The position numbers were made by a program, and so were the translations under genes. 64,000 nucleotides of DNA from Bugula neritina. Lineage: Eukaryota; Animalia; Bryozoa. The notes under the pieces are model-generated. The model was not told the DNA's origin. It made no database searches and worked only from the letters and a program-made list of their open reading frames with translations. The DNA lies in NCBI GenBank assembly GCA_964035545.1, contig OZ037770.1, forward strand, positions 14,994,642 to 15,058,641, in the 5' to 3' direction. Each line of letters opens with the position of its first letter. Position 1 is the stretch's first letter. Positions 1-12,699 of this stretch are shown here, one piece after another.

Positions 1-470
1 CCCTAAGAAGTGATTTGCCAATCACTGCCGAGTCGCTTAAACCAGTTGTTATTGAGGCTAGCCAACAACTAATAGCCAACCAAAACTTGCAGAAGAAGTA
101 CCATGACCGCCATGCACGGCCGTTGGCTGATCTGGAACCTGGGACTCCTGCACTAATCAGGTCAAGCACTGACAAAGAATGGTCGCCAGGAATGATTGTC
201 GAACAGCATGACTCCCCCAGATCCTACTTGGTTGACAACGGTCAGTCTATAGTGCGCAGGAATCGTGTTCACCTCAAACCAGATAACACACAGACCCTTG
301 GTGTCGCTGATGCTGCTGATACTGATGTTGGAGATGCTCCTAATGAATCCCCCCATATGCCTGCCCTGCCTGCAACACCTCTCAGGAACGCGGCACCACC
401 ACCAGAGCGTCAACCCAGAAGCAACCGTGGAGTCCTCCCCGCTAAATACAAGGACTTCCACATGGGATAA
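1..470 (+). mobile_element. 3' end of Ty3/Gypsy-type LTR retrotransposon pol (integrase C-terminal region)
   Basis: ORF open from the window edge to a stop at 470. Motifs QKKYHDRHARPLADLEPG, W-S-P-G, PRSYLV, RRNRVHLK and terminal R-S-N-R...P-x-K-Y-K-D-F are typical of the integrase tail of invertebrate Gypsy elements. Confidence 0.85.
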
Positions 471-610
471 GCTATTAGCCGTTTCCCACCCTGTACATAG
501 TTATTTAGTTTCATTGTTAATCCCAAATCCATATTAATCATGTATACTCGTATCATATTATTAATCTCAGCAACCTTAATCACAATGTTATAGAAGGAAG
601 TCACCTGCTT

Positions 611-765
611 AAGAAGGGAGATGTTATATTATTATGTGTCTTTTGTTTATCACTAATTACGGACTAGCGAGATGCTACGTTATAATGTCATGTGCATTTG
701 TTATTAAAATACATATTGGGTCAAGGACGAACGAGAGACTACGAGATGAAAGATGTCAGCCTACA
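611..765 (+). mobile_element. Polypurine tract and probable short 3' LTR of the same retrotransposon
   Basis: AAGAAGGGAGA (611-621) is directly followed by TG (622). ATTAAA lies at ~702 and a candidate CA end at 765. The right boundary is inferred because the 5' LTR is outside the window. Confidence 0.55.
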
Positions 766-2024
766 GTAGATAAACACGCCGATAGACTTTGTGATAAAAT
801 AATTATAAATCAGTACTATACTTTTGGTCCTTGTATTTTCCCTGGCCGGCCAGACCCCACTTTATTGTTCTTTCGATACTTCAATGTCATGCCTACATAC
901 TTCGAGTAACTCTCAGGTAATTATATACTCACTATACTTAATGTTTCACAAAGAGCTCAATTAGGCCTTCAAAGTGTTAAAGTTCTTCAAGTCCTTCAAG
1001 ACATTTGAGTCTAGTGCAAGAATCTGTAATAAAGGCTACATTATAAATTATACAAATACTCCAAAGGAAATTAATTAAATTGCATCAGTAAATTTTTCAA
1101 GTAGCATTGTCTGACCAATATTGTACTCAATGTTTGTTTGTTTGTTTGTTTTTATTTTGTCATAGTCGGGAAAAAATTAATTGAGAAAAAAAAATAAACA
1201 AAATGACAGGGCCTATGGCGCAATAGCACTGTAGCTAGTCGAGGCACCAAGCCATGAATGGTTGACAGTTATATAAGATTTTTGTTTAGGTTTTTGGAAG
1301 TTTTAGCAACTAGAAAAGTATTATTTTTTTTTTTTTTTTTTTTAGGAATCACTCTTTGTTTTAGCTTTTACAGTGACTTGTTATTGAATATATTATACAT
1401 TATTTGAACAGCTAAGATAGATAGGGCTTAGCATTGCATCATTACAGTTGTTTCATATTGCATTTAGAGTAAATGACTTTCAAGTACTTTAGTAATATGC
1501 AATCGGAAGTATGATGTATCATAATGCACTCTAATATTGTTTATTATACAACAACTTATATATTTTTTTCTTTTTTAAAAATAAAAGTTGAAAATGTATA
1601 ATTATTTTAAACTGTATTTTATATTTACTTTGACAACTGCACTTTTTTATAATTTACTGGTAATAAATATTTCATATGATTATTTGATGACTGAGGTAAG
1701 TAGTACAGTAGTTGTAAAGAATATTATTTACATTTTGCTAATACGAAATTGTGCACTTATTTATAATCAATGTCTCCATGACAACGGCGCAAATGCTACT
1801 CTTGAGGTTCCCATACTCTCTGCTACTCATGATAATGAGATGTGCTACTTGAATAATATTATGTAAGCATGAAATGCATAGCCAATGAGAGGGCTGCAAA
1901 TTTGTAACCAGCTGCAATGATAAATACTCATAGACACATAATTCACAACAAATTCGACAGCGCCTTGAGCAAAGATTCTAATATTCTTAAACTTGTTTGA
2001 CAAAGATTGACGTCGATTCCATTT

Positions 2025-5000
2025 ATGATGAGAATGTTTAACAGGCAAAAAATATTTTTAACTTTCACTTGTATATTTCATCTGATGACTCTGGTTTGGG
2101 GTAAGTGTAATATACGGTTATTGCTTATAAAACAAGTATAATATTTTACGGTTACTTTTAAAAAAATAAATTGGTTTTGGTATTAAATTGTTTTATTGCA
2201 AACAAGAAACTAAAGAATATAAATAGAATAAAATACTAAAGCGTATATTATAAGAGTGTAGTTTGCGCAGGCTAATTTAATTTACAATATATTATAGTAA
2301 AATATTTAATAATAGAACACATTAAGCTGAAAAATATATAGGGTAGTGTGATTACTTTTGTAAGTTCTTGCTTAAATTTTTGCTATTTCTGCAACTTATT
2401 TAGATAAAACAAAGTTTGCAATTGCACAAAAAATTTCTTTTCAATTTTTACATGTTTTAAAATTTTAGATAACAGAAAATTGCATGAATAACTCAAATCG
2501 GATATACATCTGTGTTACAGTGTTTGAGTTTTCAGCTACAGTTTAAATTTATTTCCTCCTTGGCATTTTTTAATGTTTTGCAAGTTTTGTTGCATAGCTA
2601 CGCATCAGTGTCTAAATTTAAACATTAGTCAATATGTCAATAGTTTACGTTATTTGAGCTCTAAATATAAATGGTCTCTCAGCACGAGCCTCTCTAAACA
2701 ACGTCATCAAGTTTCAGTATTGGCGGTTTTCAAGTGGGCAACTGAGCACTTGTTTATATCAATTGCTATTAAAGACAGCAAAATGAAAACTCAAATGCAC
2801 TTTAAATTGTTTCTTCAACATGACCTTCATATCCTGTAGTGTGAGTGGAAGAAGAAAATTGCCTTAGTGATTTTTGTTTATAGCCATAGTGATTTTTATT
2901 TATAGCCTTATTAAAGGATTGCTCTATCTTGTCTAATAAATGGCCATTTAGGTCAAACACACATAATATTGTGTTTTTCTAAGCATGCATTGACAAAAAG
3001 CATTTGACCAAAGGTAGAAAAAGTTAGTTGAAGTTGAGGGTGTAGATTGATAACAGCCAAAACGCCGATTTTGAAATGAGCTGGGAAATGCGACGTAACA
3101 GCGCCAGCATTCCTGCTGATCACGTGACTATACAAATGAATAACTATAGAAATATGACTGTGAGATGGGATCTTTCAGCTCATAATTTGTATATTTATAG
3201 AAGTGCAAATGTGAATTATCTCAATCTATAGTTTTTTGACATGTTAAATAACATGTATGTGATAACATTAGGCCATATTTTGCTTGTAAACATAGAAAAA
3301 AGCATTGCAAAAACATGCATTCTTTAGGATGGATGCCTGCGATCGATCTAAACTAGGTCAGATTGTGCAATATTACGGGCGCACCAAAGCTGACCTATAT
3401 AGCGCACTGTAACTGCTTGAGCGTTATTGGTTGATGTTGCGCTCAGCAACCTTGAATACTAGCGTTATAGTTAGCACGTGCAGCATAGTTACTGGCGTTC
3501 ACACGTCACGTATTAGGCTATACCTTTTTCATGGCTGAAAATTTTACCTCCCTCAAAATTGAAATTTTGAAAAGCTGTTTTCTAGGCATATATCCCTTTG
3601 CAAAGTCACAATTGTTTGCATACACATTAGATTATAGTTCATAATTATAATGTGATTGTAATAAACTAAGATAGAGCAATCCTTTAAGTTTTGTTTATAG
3701 CCATTGTTGTTGACATTGGAGTGGTTTTTAGGAGTTTTGAAAATAGAAGAGCAACCAGACGAGGCAAGGTTAAAGCATGACTTGCTGCAGCACTATGATC
3801 CTTCGGTGAGACCAAAGTACAACAACTCCCAACCCGTAGATGTCACTGCTGACATTGCTCTGCAGCAGATCATAGACGTGGTAAGTGACATTATCAATGT
3901 AAAAAACATACCTAAACATGCCCAAACACGTCCAAACATGCCCAAACACGCCCAAACACGTCCAAACGCGTCCAAACATTTTTAAACGTAGTCGAAGTAA
4001 ACAAACAACATTTATAGTTATTTTTTCGGATTCATATTGTCGAATCCTTGTCCAGAAATATGGAAATGATAGTTCAGCAGTCAAAACAAATCTTGTTATA
4101 AAACTCACGCAGGTTTATAGTTGCCACCCCTGTGAGAAGCCGTAAGAGAAAGGGTTTTTTGTTAAATCCGGCTAGGGGCATATTCATGTGTGGCACAGGA
4201 GCAATTATGACTGGATGCTCTTCCTAACATCACCAATGGCCTTTGTTCGTGTTGGAACCCATGACGATCAGTGTTTACTAAGCAAATGCTCTAACCCCTA
4301 GGGCCTAGACCATAGCAGCTCCACCAAACAAATCCCTCTATATTGACTTTTAAATACTGAACCACATAATTAATCTTTTAGTTTGACAATTTTGCCCCTG
4401 CTAAGATTTGAACCTACACCTGGTTTGCTAGCAGGCGCTAACCATAGGGACCACTATAGGATAGTAAATATTGGTAGAAAATTATTTAGGTATAGCATGA
4501 TCTTGGTATGAGATGATGTTAAGTGTTGAATAGATAAATCCGTATAGAAGGATCTATATTTGATACCAAAACTTCCTTATGCAAACTACTGACTTTGTAG
4601 TACAAGCAGTCTTATTACTAAAAATCAATACAAGCTCTGATTATGAATTATTAATCATTGCTTCACTGGGATGTGTCATCAATCCAACCCTCTTTAAATC
4701 ATTCGCTAGAACATCAATTAGCAACCAAATGCTAATATTTAGACAATGCCGATTTACCTGAAGCAATCCCTTTGATATAAAAAGTAAATATAAATTTAAA
4801 GTCACAATAAATATTAAAGAATAAAACTCTCAGTAAAGTCTTCTGTTAGCATCTTTGCTAAGAATTATCAATAGTTTAAATAAAATAATGCAATAAAGTT
4901 TGCAACGGCCATTAACCCAAAGAGCTATTAGTGATGATACATTGACCAATGAAGAAGCACTCCTGGTTATTGTGTTAATATTAAGTCCTTTATAAAACCA

Positions 5001-8000
5001 AGAAGAAAACTTAATCAGTGTCTTCAATAACGTGGCAATTAAACGGACATTTCCTGACTATGCTATTGAAATTGCATATGGGACTTTGCATGAACATTTC
5101 AATTATCTGCATGTGACAAAGAAACATAAATTCAATGCTTTGCAATGCATGAGTTTATTAAAACATACTTATATCAATTCGAAATATGATTTGTAGTTCT
5201 AACAAGATGATTAAAACCTATTCTTTTCAAAAATAAGTGAATGACATTAGTAAGAGTTAGATTGGATGGCCGTCATTTTTGAAGCAGCTAGGTTTATATC
5301 AAAATGGAAATTAAATTTGAATATCAAACATCAATAATCACTTAATGCTGTATTGCTTCATTAAATGATTCTAATCATCATAGAGTATATGTCTTTGTTC
5401 CGTTTTCTCTAAGGAACACTCCCACACTAAATATTTTGTAATTTATCATCAACCAGGAATTGAACACAACTTAGCTGAATAATCGTTATCTGCTTTTCAC
5501 ATGATTGTTTGTTACGGTTCATATTGTAATCTTTATGAAAAATAATTGCCTCCACTGGAAATTGAACCAGAGTCCTCTGGTTTGCAAGCAAGTGTGCTAC
5601 CATTACACCACTAGAGCCACTGAGTAAACTCTACACTACGCTCTATATAACAAGAATTTTATATCTGATAGTTTTATTGCTTGACCATTTTAACTGTACA
5701 GCTTTTAACAATATCATAGCTTGTCCAGAAAAGCACTGCTTATATAAAATTGTGACAGCGGTATTCATATGTAAGTTTATAAAATGTAACTGTTCTAAAT
5801 AGACATATAAACATACTAATGGGTTCACTAGCATAAGGAAAGGCAGCATAAAACTGTAACTAATAATGAATCAAAAGCTGACATCACTTGAATGAATATA
5901 TAAAAATGCTTAATTATTAGCTAACACGTGACACATAGTGTTTTATTTATTTACATGGTTTCAAATGACAAAAAATTTCAATAGACAAAAAGAAAAGTAG
6001 AAAAAATTAGACTTCGTGAAATCAGTGGTAGTATTCATAAACATATGCAAAATAAAAGCCATGCTTACTGGTCAAAAAATCAATAAAACTCAAGTAAAAA
6101 TCAAAGCTTTTACTGACAGAAGCACATCCTATATGAAACAACATAGAGGCTGTTTGTGACTGCATCTCCCTAGCGGAATCTTCAATGAAATGAACTTGTA
6201 GCAATAACAAAGCATGGAGTCGTCCAACTCCAGGCTTCGTTATATTAAATAAGATAAAACTGTTTCTAAGAATTCTATAATTTCCTTGTAAAACAAGCAT
6301 CAAAAGAAGTTTTAAATCATCTTCCGGAACATTCTTCCTGCAAAGTATAGAATCATAAAACAGCTTCTTTGTTAGGCTACAACAGTGGTTGGCTTGTTAA
6401 CAAAGGTGTTTGTTCTTACAAAGTTAAGAACTTATACAGCTATTATTAGTATTCCAAGAAAATTATACGTATGCCTGGTACAGTCAAAGCAACCCTATGT
6501 GTATAAAAAATACTCCGTCAAAACAAGCTTTACAATTTAAAACTAGTAAGCCTCTAGATATATTCACTAATATAGCTTTTAAAAAGTTTATGTTTTACTT
6601 TGAAAGATTTCTTGTAGACTGGAAAACTCAAACTAATTATACTGTTGCGGATAAGAATATGAAATTACCTTTGAAAATTTAACTATAATTTCTCCTATTT
6701 AAAGATAATTTATTGTATTACATGGGTGATCAATTAGGTGTTATTAACTTTAAATGACATATGTTGTCTTTTGCATGGAGCAAATAAATTCCTGGTTAAG
6801 TTTGCACTGGGTTAAAAACATTTAATTTGATAAATTAATTATAATGGGTCCACTAAAAACCTCTTTATAAGAAAACACTTGTTGTTTGTAGAATGAAAAG
6901 CAGCAGCTACTAAAAGCCACTGTATGGATGAGAGTGGTGAGTGTCAATCACTTTGAATACAAAGTATTTCTCTGCATATATATTTCAAAATAGTCTAAAT
7001 TTCTTCAGACCTTCTAAGTTATACTCGTTTCTATAAAGCCAAGAGCTAAAATATCTTCTTTAGCTTAAAAAGTAACTTTTTATCAAGTTTATAAATTACT
7101 GAAACAATTAATTCAGCCACTATAGATGAACTTTTTGCAAAAGATATTGCGTTTTACAGACCTTAATTTGCAAAAATTATAGAAACATAGAAAATATTGA
7201 TGCTTTTACATGGTTTTCAGATTTATAAAAATGCTATTTGTTTTATATCAGATCAGTTTTGTTATTTTTAATTAACTTTGTTGGATATTTACTAAAATCT
7301 ATGAGGCACTTTTAATCATGTTTCATAGTTTTGGGATTGTATAACAAATTTTTAAAATAATTTAGATAGAACTCAACTAAATTTTAAAGCTATAATTTTA
7401 TTTGAATTACAAGCCAGACACAAGCTAATATGCTAATGCAAAATCACATTTAAAGTTTTTCAAACTGTATTCCATGGACTAAATATATGACAAGCCTATA
7501 ATATATTACTATCTCGGATCAGTTTGTTAATTCAAGCTGATGAATGTTTTGAAAAGTTTTTTCTGCACATTTGAAGTATTGGAATGATGAGTTTCTAGTC
7601 TGGGATCCAAAAGACTACAACGGAGTGTCCGGTTTGAAGTTGACACCGGACAGGTTGTGGGTTCCCGACATCTGCCTCTATGATGCGTAAGTTGAGTTAA
7701 GAACTGAAGCTACACACACACACACGCACACACGCACACACGCACACAAGCAGTATAATGCTTCTGTTTAACTGTAACTTAAAGGAATATACCAACCTAT
7801 ACCATATTCATGTTTGTTTAAAGCATAACACATTCTCAACATTTGCACGATGAGAGCTCATTGTACGCATGGTCTTCACATCAAAGATATGCCAGTTTAC
7901 AATGCCCAGTCTCTTTATTGTGTTGGATTGTTTTATGTAAACATTACACTTGTATGCATTAAATATATACTTTGTTTTAGACCTGTCCTTTACAAAAGGT

Positions 8001-11000
8001 GAAAATTGCTTTTTTAATGTTCAATAAACATTAGATTTGCTATAAAATATATAAGTATTGATCCCATACTCATACATCATTATTAGCACGGCTGTCACGC
8101 CTACACATATTAAACTAACAATGAGAAGCTGTGTATACAATCTCACAAATATTATTATATCATAGTTATGTAACTGGAGCTACCCACAATTTATTACGCA
8201 ACAGCCAAAGCTATAAAAAACCATTTGAGTATCTTATTGACAGGAGATTATTGCCACACTGCAGCTCTTGTCAAGTTCCAGCTGATCCGTGCTTCCTATT
8301 TAAAAAAGAGCAAACAAAATAAAGTTTATTGCTCTTAAAAATTAGCTTTCTATTACATTTTTTTCAGTTTCAACTTATTTCCTGTAATCACTTCAAATTT
8401 TCCAAAACAATTTAGTGTTCCTAAATTTTAAAAATGTTAATGCTGTTGATTACATTTGCAAGACATCTGCTTGAAAGGTATAACGTAATGTGCCAAGAAC
8501 AAAGGTCAAACTACTTGAGAGGCTTGCAACTTCTACTAATACATTGTATACTCAAAGATCAATGAGAAACTGGTCTTTATAAGTTGTGAAATTTAATAAA
8601 TGAAAACATCATCACAATTTTCATCTTGGGAAAATAAAGCTTTACTTCCTATAAACAGGCCTGTCGCCAGATCAACCATGTGAAAGTCTCAGAGGAAATT
8701 AGTTATCCAATATGTAGTGTTCAATACTTTTTCAAATAAATGAAGCGACGCTTCATGACTTCACACAGGAAACTTTACCCACTTGCTGAGTTTCTTCTGC
8801 GTAAAGTCTGAGTATCACTGGAAGTAGGTAAAAAGAATAGGACCCTAGAACATAACAGTACGTTTTTAATTTGTTGAAGTTCTAAGGAGTTGTTTTACTA
8901 ATGTCACATTTTAGGTTGGAGCCGGCAATACACGCCAATGCAATGCAAGACTTCTTCGTCTCAGTTCTGAGCACTGGAGACGTGATGTGGTTATCCCCCC
9001 TGGTAATGGAGTATGTATGTCACTTTAACGTACGATACTTTCCATATGACACCCAATACTGCTCTCTCACTATGGGCAGCTGGATATACCACGGCCAAGA
9101 AGTAGATGTCTTCAACAAGAACGACGAAGGTAACGCAAGAAGTTTTTAGAATATTGCTTCACTGTCTAGTTCTACCGCAACACATATAGTTTCATTGGTA
9201 ACCATATAATCTTTTAACTTTTAAAACAGTAGTAGCAATTTTTTAGATTTCTATTGGTCTTTTTATAATTAATTTTTTTGAACTTAATTTAAAGTACACA
9301 TGTTCGCTCATTCATATTGGTAACTAATTTCCTTCAGCACTCTAATTACAACCATAAATATTTTCATTTGTAAGAAAAAGTATAGAATTGCTTATAATAA
9401 ATGACTTTTTTATTATATTTTATTTTATTTCATTATATTATATTTTACTTTATTTCATGCAATTCTATGCAATTTTTCTGTAGTTCCCATAACCCTATTG
9501 AGATTTTTAGTCTACTTAGTTGTAATTAGTTGAAAGACCAAAGAGGTTTTTCTCCCTTTGTTTTAGAGATATTACTCTTGCCACCATGCTCTAGAGAATG
9601 GTTGTTTAGAGGCAACTTGGGTAATAAAACCGATAATCCTGTTGTTGATTGTTTCCATTTCAACTGGCCCAGCATGACAACTTGTTACATCTTTTTATAT
9701 TATCTCAACTGAAAAACTCTCAAAATCATTTGACTGTGCTCAAAAGAACTATGATCAAAGATTAGAGGTTTCCCAGAAGTAAACTTTCTTGTGTATAGTA
9801 GTCTGATACCTATCAGAATGACAAACTCATGAGATTCCTAATTTAAGTTTTCTATAAAAACAAAGATGCTAATTATATTTTTCTATCTTACTGATGTAAT
9901 AAACCTGGCCTGCACTTTCGGTTGTTTGCCTGGCGCCTCTACTAATCAAGTTTCACGCTTTTCTTCAAGTCGTCGTTAAAAGGGGGTCTCCTTGAATACC
10001 ACATATCAGCCCTTAAGACCTTAGGTTTCAAAAATTTCAGGGCTCTCCTATTTTCATTTTGTATAGTCAAAAATTTTATTAAATTTTATTAAAGTGATTT
10101 TCAAGGAGAGCCCTGCTAAGCTACCCTAACCTATCACTTATTTGTGCATTTGTTGATTCAATAGCCTTACCTCTTGGCTTTCCTTGTCACGTCATACTAC
10201 ATTATTACCTTTTCAATACAGAAATATGTTAGTAAACATGTCTAACCATTTTTGAAAGTCACGTCATTTCAATAGTTGTACTAGTCTTGCCTGTACAAAT
10301 TACTGTCACGTAGTCGTTTGACTAGTAAAAAGATTAAAGTAGTGAAGATGTTGCAATGGTGCATACAAGCAACACTCTGTGGTGTGTTGTAGGTGATACT
10401 TCTTCTTTCAAGAATAATGTAGAGTGGGATGTCAAAGGTTTTAATGTCAAGAAGAAAATCACAAAATATGGATGCTGCCCTGAGTCATTCCCAAGTAAGA
10501 TAGGGTAACTTCTAAACAGGCCACAGGCAATCTTTTTGGTTTCGTTTAAATTGTTCTAATTTTTGTACTATTTTTAGATGTGTGACATACCAGACATTAA
10601 GTTTAATCTAGTTATTTGTAAAAAGAAATGACTTAGTTAAATTATAAGCTATTTCTCTTCAATTTATATGACCAAACCTCTGCAAAAACCAAATTATTAA
10701 ATAACTTATACTTCTTTATATAAATGCTAAACAATTAAAATGAAATTGCATCACTTTAGAAGACGCAAAAAACATCGTTCATAGTTTTTGCCATTTCATT
10801 TAATTTACCAAATATTTTTTGTAAAGCAGTTTCGTGTTTATGATTGTGGATGCTTTTCTTTCAGCTCTGAACTTCACGCTGGTGATCCAAAGAAAGCCTG
10901 GGTTCTACGTAACCTATCTATACTTACCATCGGTGGTCATAATAGCCTCCTCTCTCTTCTCCTTCTACCTGCCACCAGGATCTGACTCCAAGGTGGATCT

Positions 11001-12699
11001 CGCTGTCACGGGACTTCTTTCACAGACTGTTTTCTTGCTGCTGATATCTGACCTGATGCCCCCGGATGCCCACAACCCCCCTGTACTAGGTAAAATGTTA
11101 CACCCCTGTACTAGGTAAAATGTTACACCCCTGTACTAGGTAAAATGTTACACCCCTGTACTAGGTAAAATGTTACACCCCTGTACTAGGTAGCCCTTTG
11201 TATTAGGTAACACCACTTCTCTCCAGTATGCAACAACAGCCTCCTCCCCCCCCCCCCCCGTACATGGTACCACCCTTGCACTACTATTATAAATACATTT
11301 TTGTACTAGGTAACTCTGTATGTATACCTTTGCACACTCCTTGGATTAGGTAACACCCCTGTACACAGCTGTACACCCCCTGTATTAGGTAACACCCCTG
11401 TATTGGTAGGTATGAGTTTTCTAAAAGGTCAGCAAGCAATTAATAAATAAGAATAAATAATTATAGAGAAGCCTATGCCTTACACTAATTAAATATTTTT
11501 ACAAAAATAACTTGAATATGAGAAGTTGACGTTCAAATGCCTTATTGGTAACCACAGCGAAAGTTATTACTAATATCTTTACTATATTCATTATGTTTCA
11601 GGGGAATGCTTGACTATTCTACTAGTGGTACAAGCAATGGCGGTAGTAGTAATTGTCATTGTAAAGCGAATACATGATGATTCCATTCACAAAAACAAGC
11701 CGCCCAGCAAAGCGCTTTACACCATAATGCACTACCTGAAATACCCTTTTCTGTTACACCACATCGACTATCAGAGATCCAAGCCTCAGCACCGCAGGTC
11801 AACTAACGTCAACAACTTGCATCCTCCAGCAGAGGGCAACTGTAACAATGGGTTTAATGATGAGGGGGACAAGGAAATTGATGAAATAACAATTAAGGTG
11901 AGATAACTCTTGATATCAGCAACCACAATAGCTTAAAATAAAGTAATGGCTTGTGGATATCAAACATTAAACGCCCCTTATAAATATAAACACAACTAAC
12001 GAAGTAGGATAACTCTTAAAAAAGAAAATTGATGAGAAGATAATTCATAATAGGAAGCAGTAAATAATATTATATTCAAAGAATAGTAACATATAAATAA
12101 TATTCAAAGTCTCTTCACTTTTTGGGAAAGCTACATTTATTTTTCAACAAGACTTGCCTTGATAAATTGAGTGTTAGAAGATTCTAGAACGATTATTAAC
12201 TGTCGCAGCTAGTTGATAGTTTCTTCATGTAGGAAATTCTAAATTAAATTTGTATCATATTTGTGTATGAAATCTGTAGGTTGAAAATGCTTTGACTACT
12301 CATTCCTTTACAAATGGCATAAAAAAGGAACTAAATGGAGTCACTAATGGAGGAGTAAACCCCTCAAATGGAAGAGCTTCCCTGCATGTTGAAAGTTTGG
12401 AAGACCACAAAATAGACAATGATGAGTCAGATGAAGAAGGGGTTCCGGCATTTGACAAACGGCAGAGGAAAACCCAAGTAGCCATTGCACTCACACTCAA
12501 TGAAATACTCAAAGAGATGAGAACAGTCAAAATTAAAAGACGAGCCTCCCAGCACCAAGAGGACATCGCGGAGCAGTGGCGCCATATTGCTGCTATGTAC
12601 GACCGAATTATGTTTGTTATTTTTATTATCGTTATCCTCGGAATCACTATTTGGTTCGTTACGTTACAGCCAATTGCAGACAAGCAAAGACAGGAGTAA
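2025..12699 (+). CDS. Nicotinic acetylcholine receptor alpha-type subunit (Cys-loop ligand-gated ion channel), 9 coding exons
   Basis: Phase-consistent GT-AG exons: 2025-2100 (signal peptide MMRMFNRQKIFLTFTCIFHLMTLVWG), 3732-3880 (EARLKHDLLQHYDPSVRP), 6892-6936 (45 nt, NEKQQLLKATVWMRV), 7577-7686 (110 nt, WNDEFLVWDP..LWVPDICLYD), 8915-9129 (Cys-loop CHFNVRYFPYDTQYC, loop B SWIYHG), 10393-10494 (loop C KYGCCPESFP with vicinal Cys), 10865-11089 (M1-M2), 11602-11897 (M3), 12280-12699 (EQWRHIAAMYDR plus M4, stop). Confidence 0.93.
3908..3978. repeat. 10-bp tandem repeat (ACACGCCCAA-like) in nAChR intron 2
   Basis: About 7 imperfect copies of ACAYGYCCAA starting ~30 bp after the exon 2 donor. Confidence 0.8.
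4113..4323 (-). mobile_element. tRNA-derived SINE (V-SINE-like), copy 1
   Basis: Aligns by eye with 41037-41240 (shared GGAGCAATTRTGACTGGATGCTCTTCCTAACATCACCAATGGCCTTT). The minus strand starts with a degenerate tRNA-like head. Confidence 0.7.
4390..4456 (-). repeat. Degenerate tRNA-like dispersed element
   Basis: Minus strand GGTTAGCGCC...GGTTCAAATCTTAGCAGGGGCAAA resembles the 5537/16016/62283 family. Confidence 0.45.
5537..5639 (-). mobile_element. tRNA-derived dispersed element with conserved 5' leader
   Basis: Homologous to 16016-16123 and 62283-62386. It has A-box-like and B-box-like motifs and the leader GTAGTGTAGAGTTTACTCAGT. Confidence 0.7.
9983..10114. mobile_element. Small MITE-like element with ~20-bp imperfect terminal inverted repeats
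   Basis: GGGGTCTCCTTGAATACCAC at the left end; GTGATTTTCAAGGAGAGCCC at the right end. Confidence 0.4.
11076..11192 (+). repeat. 25-bp tandem repeat spanning the nAChR exon 7 splice donor
   Basis: Unit CACCCCTGTACTAG|GTAAAATGTTA at 11076, 11101, 11126, 11151 and 11176 (partial), with decayed copies continuing to ~11410. Confidence 0.92.

Noticed and set aside
12300-12683. 127-aa minus-strand ORF, and similar antisense ORFs over amylase, BUB3 and MFS exons
   Set aside because: They are shadows of real coding exons on the opposite strand, with no independent motifs.
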